Below, piece after piece: positions 9,371 to 18,183 of a DNA stretch of 64,000 nt. The stretch comes from Candidatus Methylomirabilota bacterium (GTDB lineage: Bacteria; Acidobacteriota; Terriglobia; Acidiferrales; UBA7541): the NCBI GenBank assembly GCA_035569815.1, contig DATMMG010000184.1, forward strand, positions 4,017 to 68,016, given 5' to 3'. Position numbers and translations under genes: made by a program. The first letter of the stretch is position 1. Each line of letters starts with the position of its first letter. The notes beneath the pieces were generated by a model. The model had not been told where the DNA came from. It saw only the letters and a program-made list of their open reading frames with translations, and ran no database searches.

Positions 9371-9504
9371 ACCAAGCGAGAGCTCAGGAGACGCAAACGA
9401 GCGTCTTTGCGGCCTGGCAATGCTGCGTTGAACGCGTCCTGCATTGGAGAATAGGCAGAAAGTGCGTAGTACTTTTTGTGTTTATACCGCATGGTGTGCC
9501 TGTG

Positions 9505-9520
9505 TGGCGCAGTGCGTGCA
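9505..9520 (+). promoter_or_regulatory. Candidate sigma54 -24/-12 promoter TGGCGC-N5-GTGCA
   Basis: GG-N10-GC spacing, upstream of the activator/kinase/flgB operon. Confidence 0.4.
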
Positions 9521-9690
9521 TTCCTCGTTTGTGTAACTTCTGATTTTTCAATCAACTCCACAATTTATATATGGCTATGAACACGCAATTGCAGAAGTGT
9601 GCACGGCGAGGGAAGAGTTTTCCCAGTGGCAGGAGTTTGCAAGCGGGAACTTGCCGGGTTCGAAGAGAAGGAAACGAACGGGGTGACGCG

Positions 9691-10875
9691 ATGGCAGCCG
9701 GAGCGACAGCGGGTTGGTCGGGAATAGGAACAACGGGGCGATTTCTGGTGGCGAGTTCGGACCCGGTGGTGAGGCGGCGGGTGTTGGATGCCCCGGAATT
9801 TTCAGGGCGGGAAGGAATGGAAGTCTGCGGCGGCGCGGCGGCGCTGGCGAAGCTGCGGGAAGTGACGTGCGACGGAGTGATGCTGGACCGGAACCTGGCA
9901 GACCTGGACGCGGGAGAGGTGGCGGCGATGATCCAGCGGGAGCATCCGGACATTGAAGTGTTGTGGATCGAGGCCGAGGGTAGCGAAGGCAGGGACGAAG
10001 GCGAAGGAAGGGTTACGAATGGCACGAAACCGAAGATTGTGGAGTGGAAAACCGAACGCGAGGCGCCGGGGCAGGAGACGCTGCCGGGAATGATTGGGAC
10101 GAGCGCGGCGATGCAGGAAGTGTACCGGTTGACGCGAATGGTGGCGAAGCGGGATACAACGGTACTCATTACGGGAGAGACAGGAACGGGGAAAGAGCTG
10201 GTGGCGGAGGCGGTGCACAAGCTAAGTCCGCGAGTGAAGCAGCCGTTCGTGGTGGTGAACTGCGCGGCGATTCCGGAGGCGCTGCTGGAGGCGGAGTTGT
10301 TCGGGCATGCGCGCGGAGCGTTTACGGGAGCGGTGCAATCGCGGTTGGGGAAGATTCACACGGCGCAGGGCGGGACACTATTTCTGGATGAGATTGGGGA
10401 ATTGCCATTGGGGATGCAGGCGAAATTGCTGCGATTCCTGCAGAGCGGAGAAGTGCAGCGGCTGGGCAGTGCAGACCTGCACCGGGTGGATGTGCGGGTG
10501 ATTTGCGCGACGAATGTGAACCTGAGCGCGCTGGTGGAAGCGAAACAGTTCCGGATGGATTTGTATTACCGGCTGGAAGTGTTTCCGATCGGGCTACCGT
10601 CGCTGCAGGTGCGCGAGGACGATATCGAGAAGCTGGCGGGGCACTTTTTGGGGTTGCTGAGCGAAGAGAGCGGGATGCCAGCGAAGCGGTTGAGCGAAGA
10701 AGCGCAGGTGCTGCTGAAGAGGCGGGCGTGGCCGGGAAACGTGCGGGAACTGCAGCACGCGATGGAGCGGGCATTCATTTTGAGCGGCGAGGATGAATTG
10801 CTGGAAGCGAAGCATTTTCCGCGGCCTGCGATGGAAGCAGCCCATCGGGAGTGGGTGCGGCGGGATGTGCGGTAG
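9691..10875 (+). CDS. sigma54-dependent activator (FleQ/FlrA position) with degenerate receiver and no evident C-terminal HTH
   Basis: GETGTGKE, GAFTGA, LFLDEIGE, WPGNVREL; the protein ends about 45 aa after WPGN. Start taken as ATG 9691. Confidence 0.9.
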   Translation: MAAGATAGWSGIGTTGRFLVASSDPVVRRRVLDAPEFSGREGMEVCGGAAALAKLREVTCDGVMLDRNLADLDAGEVAAMIQREHPDIEVLWIEAEGSEGRDEGEGRVTNGTKPKIVEWKTEREAPGQETLPGMIGTSAAMQEVYRLTRMVAKRDTTVLITGETGTGKELVAEAVHKLSPRVKQPFVVVNCAAIPEALLEAELFGHARGAFTGAVQSRLGKIHTAQGGTLFLDEIGELPLGMQAKLLRFLQSGEVQRLGSADLHRVDVRVICATNVNLSALVEAKQFRMDLYYRLEVFPIGLPSLQVREDDIEKLAGHFLGLLSEESGMPAKRLSEEAQVLLKRRAWPGNVRELQHAMERAFILSGEDELLEAKHFPRPAMEAAHREWVRRDVR

Positions 10876-10892
10876 GGAGAGTAACACGGAGT

Positions 10893-10933
10893 AACCCAAG
10901 ACCCCCACGCAAGGGCGGCGTGTGGGGCACTCG
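10893..10933. repeat. REP-like hairpin
   Basis: aacccaag lead-in shared with other clusters, then ccccacgc...gcgtgtgggg stem. Confidence 0.55.
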
Positions 10934-10987
10934 GAAGTGTGGGGGACCCTGAAGCAACGATTCGAGGAATGTGAAGCGAGGGATACG

Positions 10988-12289
10988 GTGACCTATCTGA
11001 TCATGAAGTCGGGAAAAAGAATGCCGGCGGTCCAGCGGAAAGCGATCGAAAGCGGACTGGCGCAGGCGTTCGAAACATTCACACAGGCGGCGGGCTCGCT
11101 GGAGAAATCGTACACGCTGCTGCAGAGCGAAGTGGAGAGGTTGCGGGGAGAGTTGGAAAAAGCGAACACGGATCTGGACCGGAGCCTGGAAGAAAACGCG
11201 CGTTGGCGGGATTACCTTTCGCAGGTGCTGCAAAATTTGCCGTGCGGGGTGGTGGTGATCGGGGGAGCGGCGCAAACGGTACAAGTGATGAATCCGCAGG
11301 CGCGGAGACTGCTGCAGATTCCACCGGAGTGGAATGAAAACGGCGGCGTGGCGGAGCCGGAACTGCTGGGGAAATTGAAGGGCGAAGGGGCAAAGGAAGA
11401 GGCGGCTTGCGAGCAGGAATGGACCGAGAGCGGAAGAGGCGGCAATCGGTATATCGGCATTTTGCGTGCGAACTTGAATGGAAAGAACGCGGGAAACGGT
11501 TCGACGGACCGGATCTGGATCGTGCGGGATGTGACAGAAGAGAAGCGACTGGCGATGGAGCGAGAGGCGGCGCGGGAATCGGGGGCGCTGGCGGAAATTG
11601 CGACGTTGCTGGCACACGAGATCCGGAATCCACTGGGCAGCATGGAATTGTTTACGGGATTGCTGACGGAGGCGGTGGCGGCGATGCCGGAGGCGCGTCA
11701 ATGGGCGACACACCTGCAAGCGGGGTTGAGATCGCTTTCGGCGACAGTGAACAACGTGTTGCAGTTTCATGCGAAAGCCGGCGTGCAGCTGGCGCCGGTG
11801 GATCTGGAGAGATTGTTGGGCGAGTTGGCCGAATTTCTTTTGCCTGTGGCGAGGCAGCGCGGGCAAGAGATCAAGTTTGAAAATGGAATCGGAAAAGTGT
11901 TGGCGCAGGCGGACGCGAACCGTTTGAAGCAGGTGTTTTTGAACCTGGCGATCAATGGATTTCGGGCGATGCCGCCGGGCGGGGCGTTGCGAGTTCGGTT
12001 GAAGTGGGCGGATCAATTCCCAGGCGGGCTGGCACAAATCGAAGTGCAAGACGAAGGGCGCGGGATTCCGAAGGAATTGCAGGAGCGGATCTTCGAGGCG
12101 GGATTCACGACGACGCCGGGAAGCCCGGGGCTGGGACTGGCGGTCTGCAAGCGGATAGTGGAGCAGCACGGCGGAGAGATTACGGTGCAGAGCCGGCAAA
12201 AAGAAGGCACGCGATTCACAATCGTGTTACCAGTGACGGGCGGGTTGGCGACGACGGGCCAGATGCAGGCCACGGGAGCGAAAGCATGA
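10988..12289 (+). CDS. Cytoplasmic sensor histidine kinase, FlrB/FleS-like
   Basis: LAHEIRNPL H-box, KQVFLNLAING N-box, DEGRG, GLGL; N-terminal coiled coil and PAS-like segment, no TM. Start uncertain (10988 or 11003). Confidence 0.9.
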   Translation: MTYLIMKSGKRMPAVQRKAIESGLAQAFETFTQAAGSLEKSYTLLQSEVERLRGELEKANTDLDRSLEENARWRDYLSQVLQNLPCGVVVIGGAAQTVQVMNPQARRLLQIPPEWNENGGVAEPELLGKLKGEGAKEEAACEQEWTESGRGGNRYIGILRANLNGKNAGNGSTDRIWIVRDVTEEKRLAMEREAARESGALAEIATLLAHEIRNPLGSMELFTGLLTEAVAAMPEARQWATHLQAGLRSLSATVNNVLQFHAKAGVQLAPVDLERLLGELAEFLLPVARQRGQEIKFENGIGKVLAQADANRLKQVFLNLAINGFRAMPPGGALRVRLKWADQFPGGLAQIEVQDEGRGIPKELQERIFEAGFTTTPGSPGLGLAVCKRIVEQHGGEITVQSRQKEGTRFTIVLPVTGGLATTGQMQATGAKA

Positions 12290-13611
12290 AAGAAGTGCTG
12301 ATTGTGGATGACGAAACGGGAATGCGGACGGCACTGGCGGCGAATTTTCAGCGGCGGGGCTGGCGAGTGCAGAGCGCGAGCGGCGTAGGAGAAGCGCTCG
12401 CTACGTTCCGACAAACGCCGAGCCGACTGGTGATTACAGACATGCGGATGGCGGACGGAGACGGATGGCAGGTGATGGAGGGCGTGCGGCAGTATCTGCC
12501 GGAGACGCCGGTGATTTTGCTGACGGCGTATGGAAGCGTGCCGGATGCGGTGCAGGCGATGAAAGGAGGGGCTTGCGACTACCTGGAGAAGCCGATTTCG
12601 TTTGAAGAGCTGGAGAGCGCGGCGGAGAGATTTTTGGTGGACGTGGAACTGCCGGCGAGAAGCAAGACGGTGGAAGCGGTGGGTGAGTCGACGAGCTTCC
12701 GGCGGGTGATGGAGCAGGCGCGCCGGGTGGCGCGAAGCGAAGCAGACATTTTAATTGAAGCGGAGAGTGGAACGGGGAAAGAGGTGATGGCGCGGCTGAT
12801 TCATGAGAACAGCCGACGGAATACCGGGCCGTTCGTAGCGGTGAACTGCTCCGCGTTTCCGGAGAATTTGCTGGAGAACGAACTTTTTGGCCACGTACGA
12901 GGAGCGTTTACAGGAGCACAGAACGCGAGGGCGGGAAAGTTTGAGCTGGCACAGGGCGGGACGCTGCTGTTGGACGAGATTTCGGAGATGCCGCTGAACT
13001 TGCAGCCGAAACTGCTGAGGGTGCTGCAAGAGCGCGAAGTGGACCGGCTGGGGGACACGAAGTCGATGCGGGTGGATGTGCGGATTATCGCCACGACGAA
13101 CCGATCGCTCTCGCAACTGGTGAAGAATGGCGGGTTCCGCGCCGATTTGTTTTACAGGTTGCACGTGGTGCCGCTTTCGATTCCGCCGCTGCGCGAAAGG
13201 CGGGAAGACATTCTGGCGCTGGCGGATTATTTCCTGAAGAAGTATGAGCCGAATGACGCGCGGGGGAAGTTCCGCATCGGGGCGCAACTTGCGGACCAGT
13301 TACGGCTTTATGACTGGCCGGGGAATGTGCGGGAACTGGAGAACACGATTCGAAGGGAACTGGCATTCGCGGTGGGAACGACGCTGGAGGGATCCGGAGC
13401 GACCCTGGGATGCGATATGGAGACGCCAGTCACGAGCGAGAAGATGAAACCGGGGACGACGCTGGAAGAGGTCGAGAAGCAATTGCTGGAATCGACGCTG
13501 CAGGCGACGGGCGGAAACCGAACGCGGGCGGCGGCGCTGATGGGAGTGAGCTTGCGGACAGTGCGGAACAAGATTCGCGAATATGGATTGGCAGCGAGGG
13601 GGACGGCATGA
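12286..13611 (+). CDS. sigma54-dependent response regulator, FlrC/FleR-like (REC-AAA+-Fis HTH)
   Basis: LIVDDE, ITDMRM, ESGTGKE, GAFTGA, GNRTRAAALMGVSLRTVRNK; ATGA overlap with the kinase. Confidence 0.93.
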   Translation: MKEVLIVDDETGMRTALAANFQRRGWRVQSASGVGEALATFRQTPSRLVITDMRMADGDGWQVMEGVRQYLPETPVILLTAYGSVPDAVQAMKGGACDYLEKPISFEELESAAERFLVDVELPARSKTVEAVGESTSFRRVMEQARRVARSEADILIEAESGTGKEVMARLIHENSRRNTGPFVAVNCSAFPENLLENELFGHVRGAFTGAQNARAGKFELAQGGTLLLDEISEMPLNLQPKLLRVLQEREVDRLGDTKSMRVDVRIIATTNRSLSQLVKNGGFRADLFYRLHVVPLSIPPLRERREDILALADYFLKKYEPNDARGKFRIGAQLADQLRLYDWPGNVRELENTIRRELAFAVGTTLEGSGATLGCDMETPVTSEKMKPGTTLEEVEKQLLESTLQATGGNRTRAAALMGVSLRTVRNKIREYGLAARGTA

Positions 13612-13964
13612 GCTGGCTGAACGGGGGGGATTTGCGAATGCTGGAAAGGTTCCTGGACGTGGCGGCGATGCGGCAGACGCTAGTGAGCACGAACGTGGCG
13701 AACGTGGACACGCCGGGCTATCACACGCGGGACGTTGACTTCCGCGGAGAAATGGCGCGGGCGATGAATGGGGATGCGCATGACGGGATGAGCCCGTTTG
13801 TGATGCCGGTTCGCGGGCTGCTGGCGCGGCCAGACGGAAACAATGTGAGTGTGGACAGGGAATCGATGTTGCTGGCCGAGGTTCAGTTGCAGTTCAAGGC
13901 GGCGACGGCAATCTTGCGGTCAAGTTTCGCCGAGATTCACTCGGCGATCCATGAGGGGGCGTAA
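13608..13964 (+). CDS. flgB: Flagellar basal body rod protein FlgB
   Basis: NVANVDTPGY, RPDGNNVSVDRE; ATGA overlap with the upstream gene. Confidence 0.93.
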   Translation: MSWLNGGDLRMLERFLDVAAMRQTLVSTNVANVDTPGYHTRDVDFRGEMARAMNGDAHDGMSPFVMPVRGLLARPDGNNVSVDRESMLLAEVQLQFKAATAILRSSFAEIHSAIHEGA

Positions 13965-13966
13965 TC

Positions 13967-14410
13967 ATGAATCTTTTTCGAGTGATGGAAATTAGCGGAT
14001 CGGCGTTGCTGGCGGAGCGAATTCGCGCAGAAGTGACGGCGGCGAATATGGCGAACGCAGAAACGACGAAGACGGAAACTGGCGGGCCGTATCAACGGAT
14101 GAATGTGGTTTTTGGCGCCCGGCCGGTGGGAATTAACGGGTTCAACGGCATGATGCTGGCTTCCGTGGCGGACATGCATGCGGAAGATGTGCGCGTGGTT
14201 GGGTTGGCAGCGGACGCGACGCCGCCGATTCAGCGATTTGAGCCGGGGCATCCCGATGCGGATGCACAGGGGTATGTGGCGTATCCGGCGATCAATCCTG
14301 CGGAGGAGATGGTGAATCTGATGGGAGCGGCGCGGGCGTATGAGATGAATGCGTCGGCAGTGGCCAGCACAAAGAACATGATCCAGGCGTCGATTACGAT
14401 TTTGAGTTAG
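13967..14410 (+). CDS. flgC: Flagellar basal body rod protein FlgC
   Basis: NMANAETT...GGPYQR, PGHPDAD..GYV.YP, RAYEMN. Confidence 0.96.
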   Translation: MNLFRVMEISGSALLAERIRAEVTAANMANAETTKTETGGPYQRMNVVFGARPVGINGFNGMMLASVADMHAEDVRVVGLAADATPPIQRFEPGHPDADAQGYVAYPAINPAEEMVNLMGAARAYEMNASAVASTKNMIQASITILS

Positions 14411-14460
14411 GAAGAGACAGCGGGCAGGAGAACGGTGGGAATTAGCAAGTAAGAATGCGT

Positions 14461-14483
14461 GGCCACCTGAAGGTGGCCGCTAC
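14461..14483. repeat. GTAG-type REP hairpin
   Basis: ggccacctgaaggtggccgctac, identical to 6036-6058 and 28590-28612. Confidence 0.9.
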
Positions 14484-14497
14484 GGGAGGCGGAGGAA

Positions 14498-14806
14498 ATG
14501 AGCAATCCGATACAGGGTTTGCAGGGCGGGGTAGCGGATTTTGGCGTGACGTCGACGTTATCGCACGGCGGCGAGGAGAAAGGCTCCGGAAATTTTGTGA
14601 AATCACTGCAGGACGCAATGTCCGAGGTGGGCGATCTGCAGAACCAAGCGGACACGCGGGTGAATCAACTGCTGACGGGGAACGGGCAGGACGTGCATTC
14701 GGCGATGATCGCGGTGGAGAAGGCGAGCCTGGCGTTCGACATGATGGTGCAGGTGAGGAACAAGATTGTGCAGGCGTACCAGCAGGTTTCGGGGATGCAG
14801 TTTTAG
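14498..14806 (+). CDS. fliE: Flagellar hook-basal body protein FliE
   Basis: DVHSAMIAVEKA...QVRNKIVQAYQQVSGMQF. Confidence 0.95.
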   Translation: MSNPIQGLQGGVADFGVTSTLSHGGEEKGSGNFVKSLQDAMSEVGDLQNQADTRVNQLLTGNGQDVHSAMIAVEKASLAFDMMVQVRNKIVQAYQQVSGMQF

Positions 14807-14828
14807 TCGTGGAGTGATTGCAAAGACC

Positions 14829-14862
14829 AACCCAAGAGCACAGCCAGGAATGGCTGTGCCAC
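14829..14862. repeat. REP-like hairpin
   Basis: aacccaagagcacagccaggaatggctgtgccac, near-identical to 5872-5905. Confidence 0.88.
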
Positions 14863-14892
14863 CTTAAAAAGAGAGATGACAGCGGATAGGGA

Positions 14893-16530
14893 ATGGATAA
14901 ATTTCTCGATCAGATATTGAGTTTTGCGCGGGGGTTGACGGCGCGGCAGCGGGTGGTGCTGGTGGGCGGCACGCTGCTGGTGGGTGCGATTATTTGGGGA
15001 TTCGTAGCGTTCACCGCGCGGAGCGAATACAAGCCGCTGTATTCAGGGATGGCGCCGGCGGATGCGCAGGCGTTGTCGCAACGGCTGATGAGCGCAAACA
15101 TAATGGCGGAGGTTTCTAGCGACGGGACGGTGCTGCTGGTAAGAGCGGATGAAGTGGACAAGGCCCGGCTGGCATCCACGGCGGCGGGGCCAATTTCGAG
15201 CGGGCGAATGGGATTTGAACTTTTTGACAAGCCGAACTGGTCGGGGAGCGATTTTTCGGAGAAGGTGAATTATCAGAGGGCGGTGGAAGCGGAACTGGAG
15301 CGCACGATTCAATCGATGAACGGGGTGGAGTCGGTGCGGGTTCACCTGGTGCTGCCGCGGGATTCGTTGTTCCTGGAGCGAGAACGGCCGGCGAAGGCGT
15401 CGGTGGTGCTGAAGCTGCGGGGGACACGACTGACGGAACAAGTGGCGATGCCTGTGGCGAACCTGGTGGCGAGTTCGTGGGACGGGCTGACGCCGCAAAA
15501 TGTGACGGTGGTGACGACGGATGGGCAGATTCCCTCCATGGGGCAAGGGCATCTGGCGATGGGCGGCGGAACGAGCGGGGACCTGGAGACACTGCTGGCG
15601 GAGAGATTGGTGCAGACATTGTCACCGGTGGTGGGAGGCGAACACATCAAGTCCAGCATCACGCTGGACTACGATCCCACGTCGGGAGAGAGCACGCAGG
15701 AATTGTATGACCCGGACAAGACGGCGGTGCTGAGTTTGCAGAGTTCGCAGGAGACCGTGGGCGATCTGGAGCCGGCGGGAATTCCGGGGACGCCGAGCAA
15801 TACGCCAAATTCACAGTCAAATCCGACGGCGGCAGCGCAGGCGAAGACGAACAGCACGACGCAGGGAATTCGCAGCGAGAGCAAAACATTCGCGGTGAGC
15901 CATACGACGCGGCACCTGCTGGAGCCGGCGGGACGCGTGAAGAAGATGGCTGCGGCGATCCTGGTAGATGATTTCATCGAAAACAAAACCGACGGCGGGA
16001 AGACGCAGGAAACGCGGAGAAAGCGCACCCCGGAAGAGATGAAGCAGATCGAGGAGTTGGCGAAGGCGGCCATTGGATTTGACGCGCAACGCCGGGACTT
16101 GTTTTCGCTGCAAAACATTTCGTTCGTCCAGGCGCCGCCGGAAGTGGTGGCGCCGGTTGGAAAAGTGCAGAAGGTGATGGGATTCGTAGAACGGTGGACG
16201 GGAGTGCTGCGGTATGCGGCGCTGCTGCTGATCTTCCTGCTGGTTTACGCGCTGGTGTTGCGCCCGGTGCAGAAACAGGTGATGGGAATTTTGAAGAGCC
16301 CGGGAAACGCAGCGTTGGGCGGGGGGCAGACGGCAGGACTCCTGACAGCGGGCGCGGGTGGAACGCAAGGACTGGTTGGAGGTGGATCGGCTGACGAGGT
16401 GGCTGCCGGAGAGGTTTCCGATACCATCCGATTAAAAAAACAGCTGGTGAGCAAAGTGAAGGCTGATCCCGAATCGGCAAGCAAGCTGCTGCAGAACTGG
16501 GTTCGCGAGACAGGGCCGAAGACACAATGA
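14893..16530 (+). CDS. fliF: Flagellar M-ring protein FliF
   Basis: GFELFD, YQRAVEAELERTI, RVHLVLP, two TM segments. Confidence 0.96.
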   Translation: MDKFLDQILSFARGLTARQRVVLVGGTLLVGAIIWGFVAFTARSEYKPLYSGMAPADAQALSQRLMSANIMAEVSSDGTVLLVRADEVDKARLASTAAGPISSGRMGFELFDKPNWSGSDFSEKVNYQRAVEAELERTIQSMNGVESVRVHLVLPRDSLFLERERPAKASVVLKLRGTRLTEQVAMPVANLVASSWDGLTPQNVTVVTTDGQIPSMGQGHLAMGGGTSGDLETLLAERLVQTLSPVVGGEHIKSSITLDYDPTSGESTQELYDPDKTAVLSLQSSQETVGDLEPAGIPGTPSNTPNSQSNPTAAAQAKTNSTTQGIRSESKTFAVSHTTRHLLEPAGRVKKMAAAILVDDFIENKTDGGKTQETRRKRTPEEMKQIEELAKAAIGFDAQRRDLFSLQNISFVQAPPEVVAPVGKVQKVMGFVERWTGVLRYAALLLIFLLVYALVLRPVQKQVMGILKSPGNAALGGGQTAGLLTAGAGGTQGLVGGGSADEVAAGEVSDTIRLKKQLVSKVKADPESASKLLQNWVRETGPKTQ

Positions 16531-17543
16531 TGGAAGAGCAGAGCATACCGGGGAAACGGAAAGCGGCCATCTTGATGGTGCTGCTGGGAGACGAGGTGGC
16601 GGCGTCGGTGTATAAATCGCTGCCAGAGGGGGACATCCGGCTTATCACGGAAGAGATTGCGGACCTTGAATACATTTCGCCGGAACTGGCGTCGACCGTG
16701 CTACACGAGTATCAGCGGCTGACCCTAACGCAGGAGTATCTGGCGCAGGGCGGGCAGGAATACGCAAACAAATTGCTGGTGAAGGCATTTGGAAAGGAAG
16801 CCGCGCAGGAGTTGCTGGATGAAGTGGGCAAGACGCAAGAAGCGAACGCACAGAACCTGGACACACTGCAGAAGACGGACCCGACGCAGCTGGCGAAGTT
16901 CATTCAGGGCGAACATCCGCAGACGATCGCGCTGGTGCTCGCGCATTTGAACACCAAGGTGGCAAGGGCGGTGCTGATGATGCTGCCGGAAAAAGTGCGC
17001 GGGCAGGCGGTGAAGCGTCTGGCGCAGATGCAACAGTTTTCGCCGGAGATGGTGAAGAAGATTTCGATGGTGCTGCACAAGCGGCTGCTTACGCTGGGAT
17101 CGCAAAGCCGGCGGGCGTACGGCGGCGTGAAAGCTGTGGCGGACCTGCTGAATCAGGTGGACCAGGAAGCACAGGGAACGATTCTGGAAGCGATCGAGCA
17201 GGACAACGCCCAACTGGCGACAACGATTCGAAACCTGATGTTCACGTTCGACGATTTCCTGGAAGTGCCGGAGACGGGAATTCGCGAACTGCTGGGGCAA
17301 GTGGACAAGAAGACGCTGGCGACGGCATTGAAGGGTGCCTCGGAGGATTTGAAGAATCATATTTTCAAGAGCATGTCTTCGCGCGCGGTGGAAATGCTGA
17401 AAGAAGACATGGACGTGCTTGGACCGGTGCGTGGAAAGGACGTACAGACCGCGAAACACGAGATTGTGGCGGTGGCGCGCCGACTGGAAGGCGAAGGAAA
17501 GCTGGTGCTGAAACAGGAGCAGGAGGATTCGTATGTCGTCTGA
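16527..17543 (+). CDS. fliG: Flagellar motor switch protein FliG
   Basis: KAAILM, EHPQTIALVLAHL, MFTFDD, MSSRA. Confidence 0.97.
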   Translation: MMEEQSIPGKRKAAILMVLLGDEVAASVYKSLPEGDIRLITEEIADLEYISPELASTVLHEYQRLTLTQEYLAQGGQEYANKLLVKAFGKEAAQELLDEVGKTQEANAQNLDTLQKTDPTQLAKFIQGEHPQTIALVLAHLNTKVARAVLMMLPEKVRGQAVKRLAQMQQFSPEMVKKISMVLHKRLLTLGSQSRRAYGGVKAVADLLNQVDQEAQGTILEAIEQDNAQLATTIRNLMFTFDDFLEVPETGIRELLGQVDKKTLATALKGASEDLKNHIFKSMSSRAVEMLKEDMDVLGPVRGKDVQTAKHEIVAVARRLEGEGKLVLKQEQEDSYVV

Positions 17544-18183
17544 GTTGTCGGTGAAAGGGAGCGCGGCGTTGCAGTCGGAGCCATTTTTGTACGTGCCGAC
17601 GAGCGAGAATGGCGGAGCAACCGGGGCGAGCGGCGGCGTGCCGTGGAACGCCCAGGAGTCGAAGACCCGCGCCGAACAGGCCGAGCGGGAAATATACGAG
17701 CGTGGAGCGCGAGAGGGAGAGGCCCGGCTGCGGGCGGCGTTTGAGGCGAAGGAGGCGGCGCTGCAGGAGGGAATCGGACAGGCGGTGGCGGGCTTTCAGA
17801 AGGAGCGCGACGAATATTTTGAACGGATTGAGACGGAAGTAGTTCAATTGGCGCTGGCGATCGCGCGGAAGATTCTGCACCGGGAATCGGAGATTGATCC
17901 AATGCTACTGGCGGGACTGGTGCATGTGGCGCTGGAAAAGCTGGATGGGGGAACGCACGTGCGGCTGAAGGCGAATCCCGCAGACATGGAGTTCTGGAAT
18001 GAATATTTCGCACAGCGCGGCGGCGAAGGGAATCCGGAACTGATTGGAGACGCGGCACTGAAGCCCGGGGAATGCGCGCTGGAAGCTGAAGTGGGGACGA
18101 CGCAGATCAGCCTGGAGACGCAGTTGAAAGAGATCGAACAGGGATTTTTTGATCTGCTGGAGCAGCGGCCAAGGGTGGGGTGA
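17533..18183 (+). CDS. fliH: Flagellar assembly protein FliH
   Basis: YERGAREG repeat, LALAIARKIL; position between fliG and fliI. Confidence 0.88.
   Translation: MSSELSVKGSAALQSEPFLYVPTSENGGATGASGGVPWNAQESKTRAEQAEREIYERGAREGEARLRAAFEAKEAALQEGIGQAVAGFQKERDEYFERIETEVVQLALAIARKILHRESEIDPMLLAGLVHVALEKLDGGTHVRLKANPADMEFWNEYFAQRGGEGNPELIGDAALKPGECALEAEVGTTQISLETQLKEIEQGFFDLLEQRPRVG

Noticed and set aside
9385-9420. GACGCAAA suggested a c-di-GMP-I riboswitch
   Set aside because: The upstream GGCAAAC/GNRA stem and the second-stem features cannot be found; an Rfam scan would be needed
9627-9641. TGGCAGGAGTTTGCA as a sigma54 promoter
   Set aside because: GG-to-GC spacing is 9 nt, not the required 10
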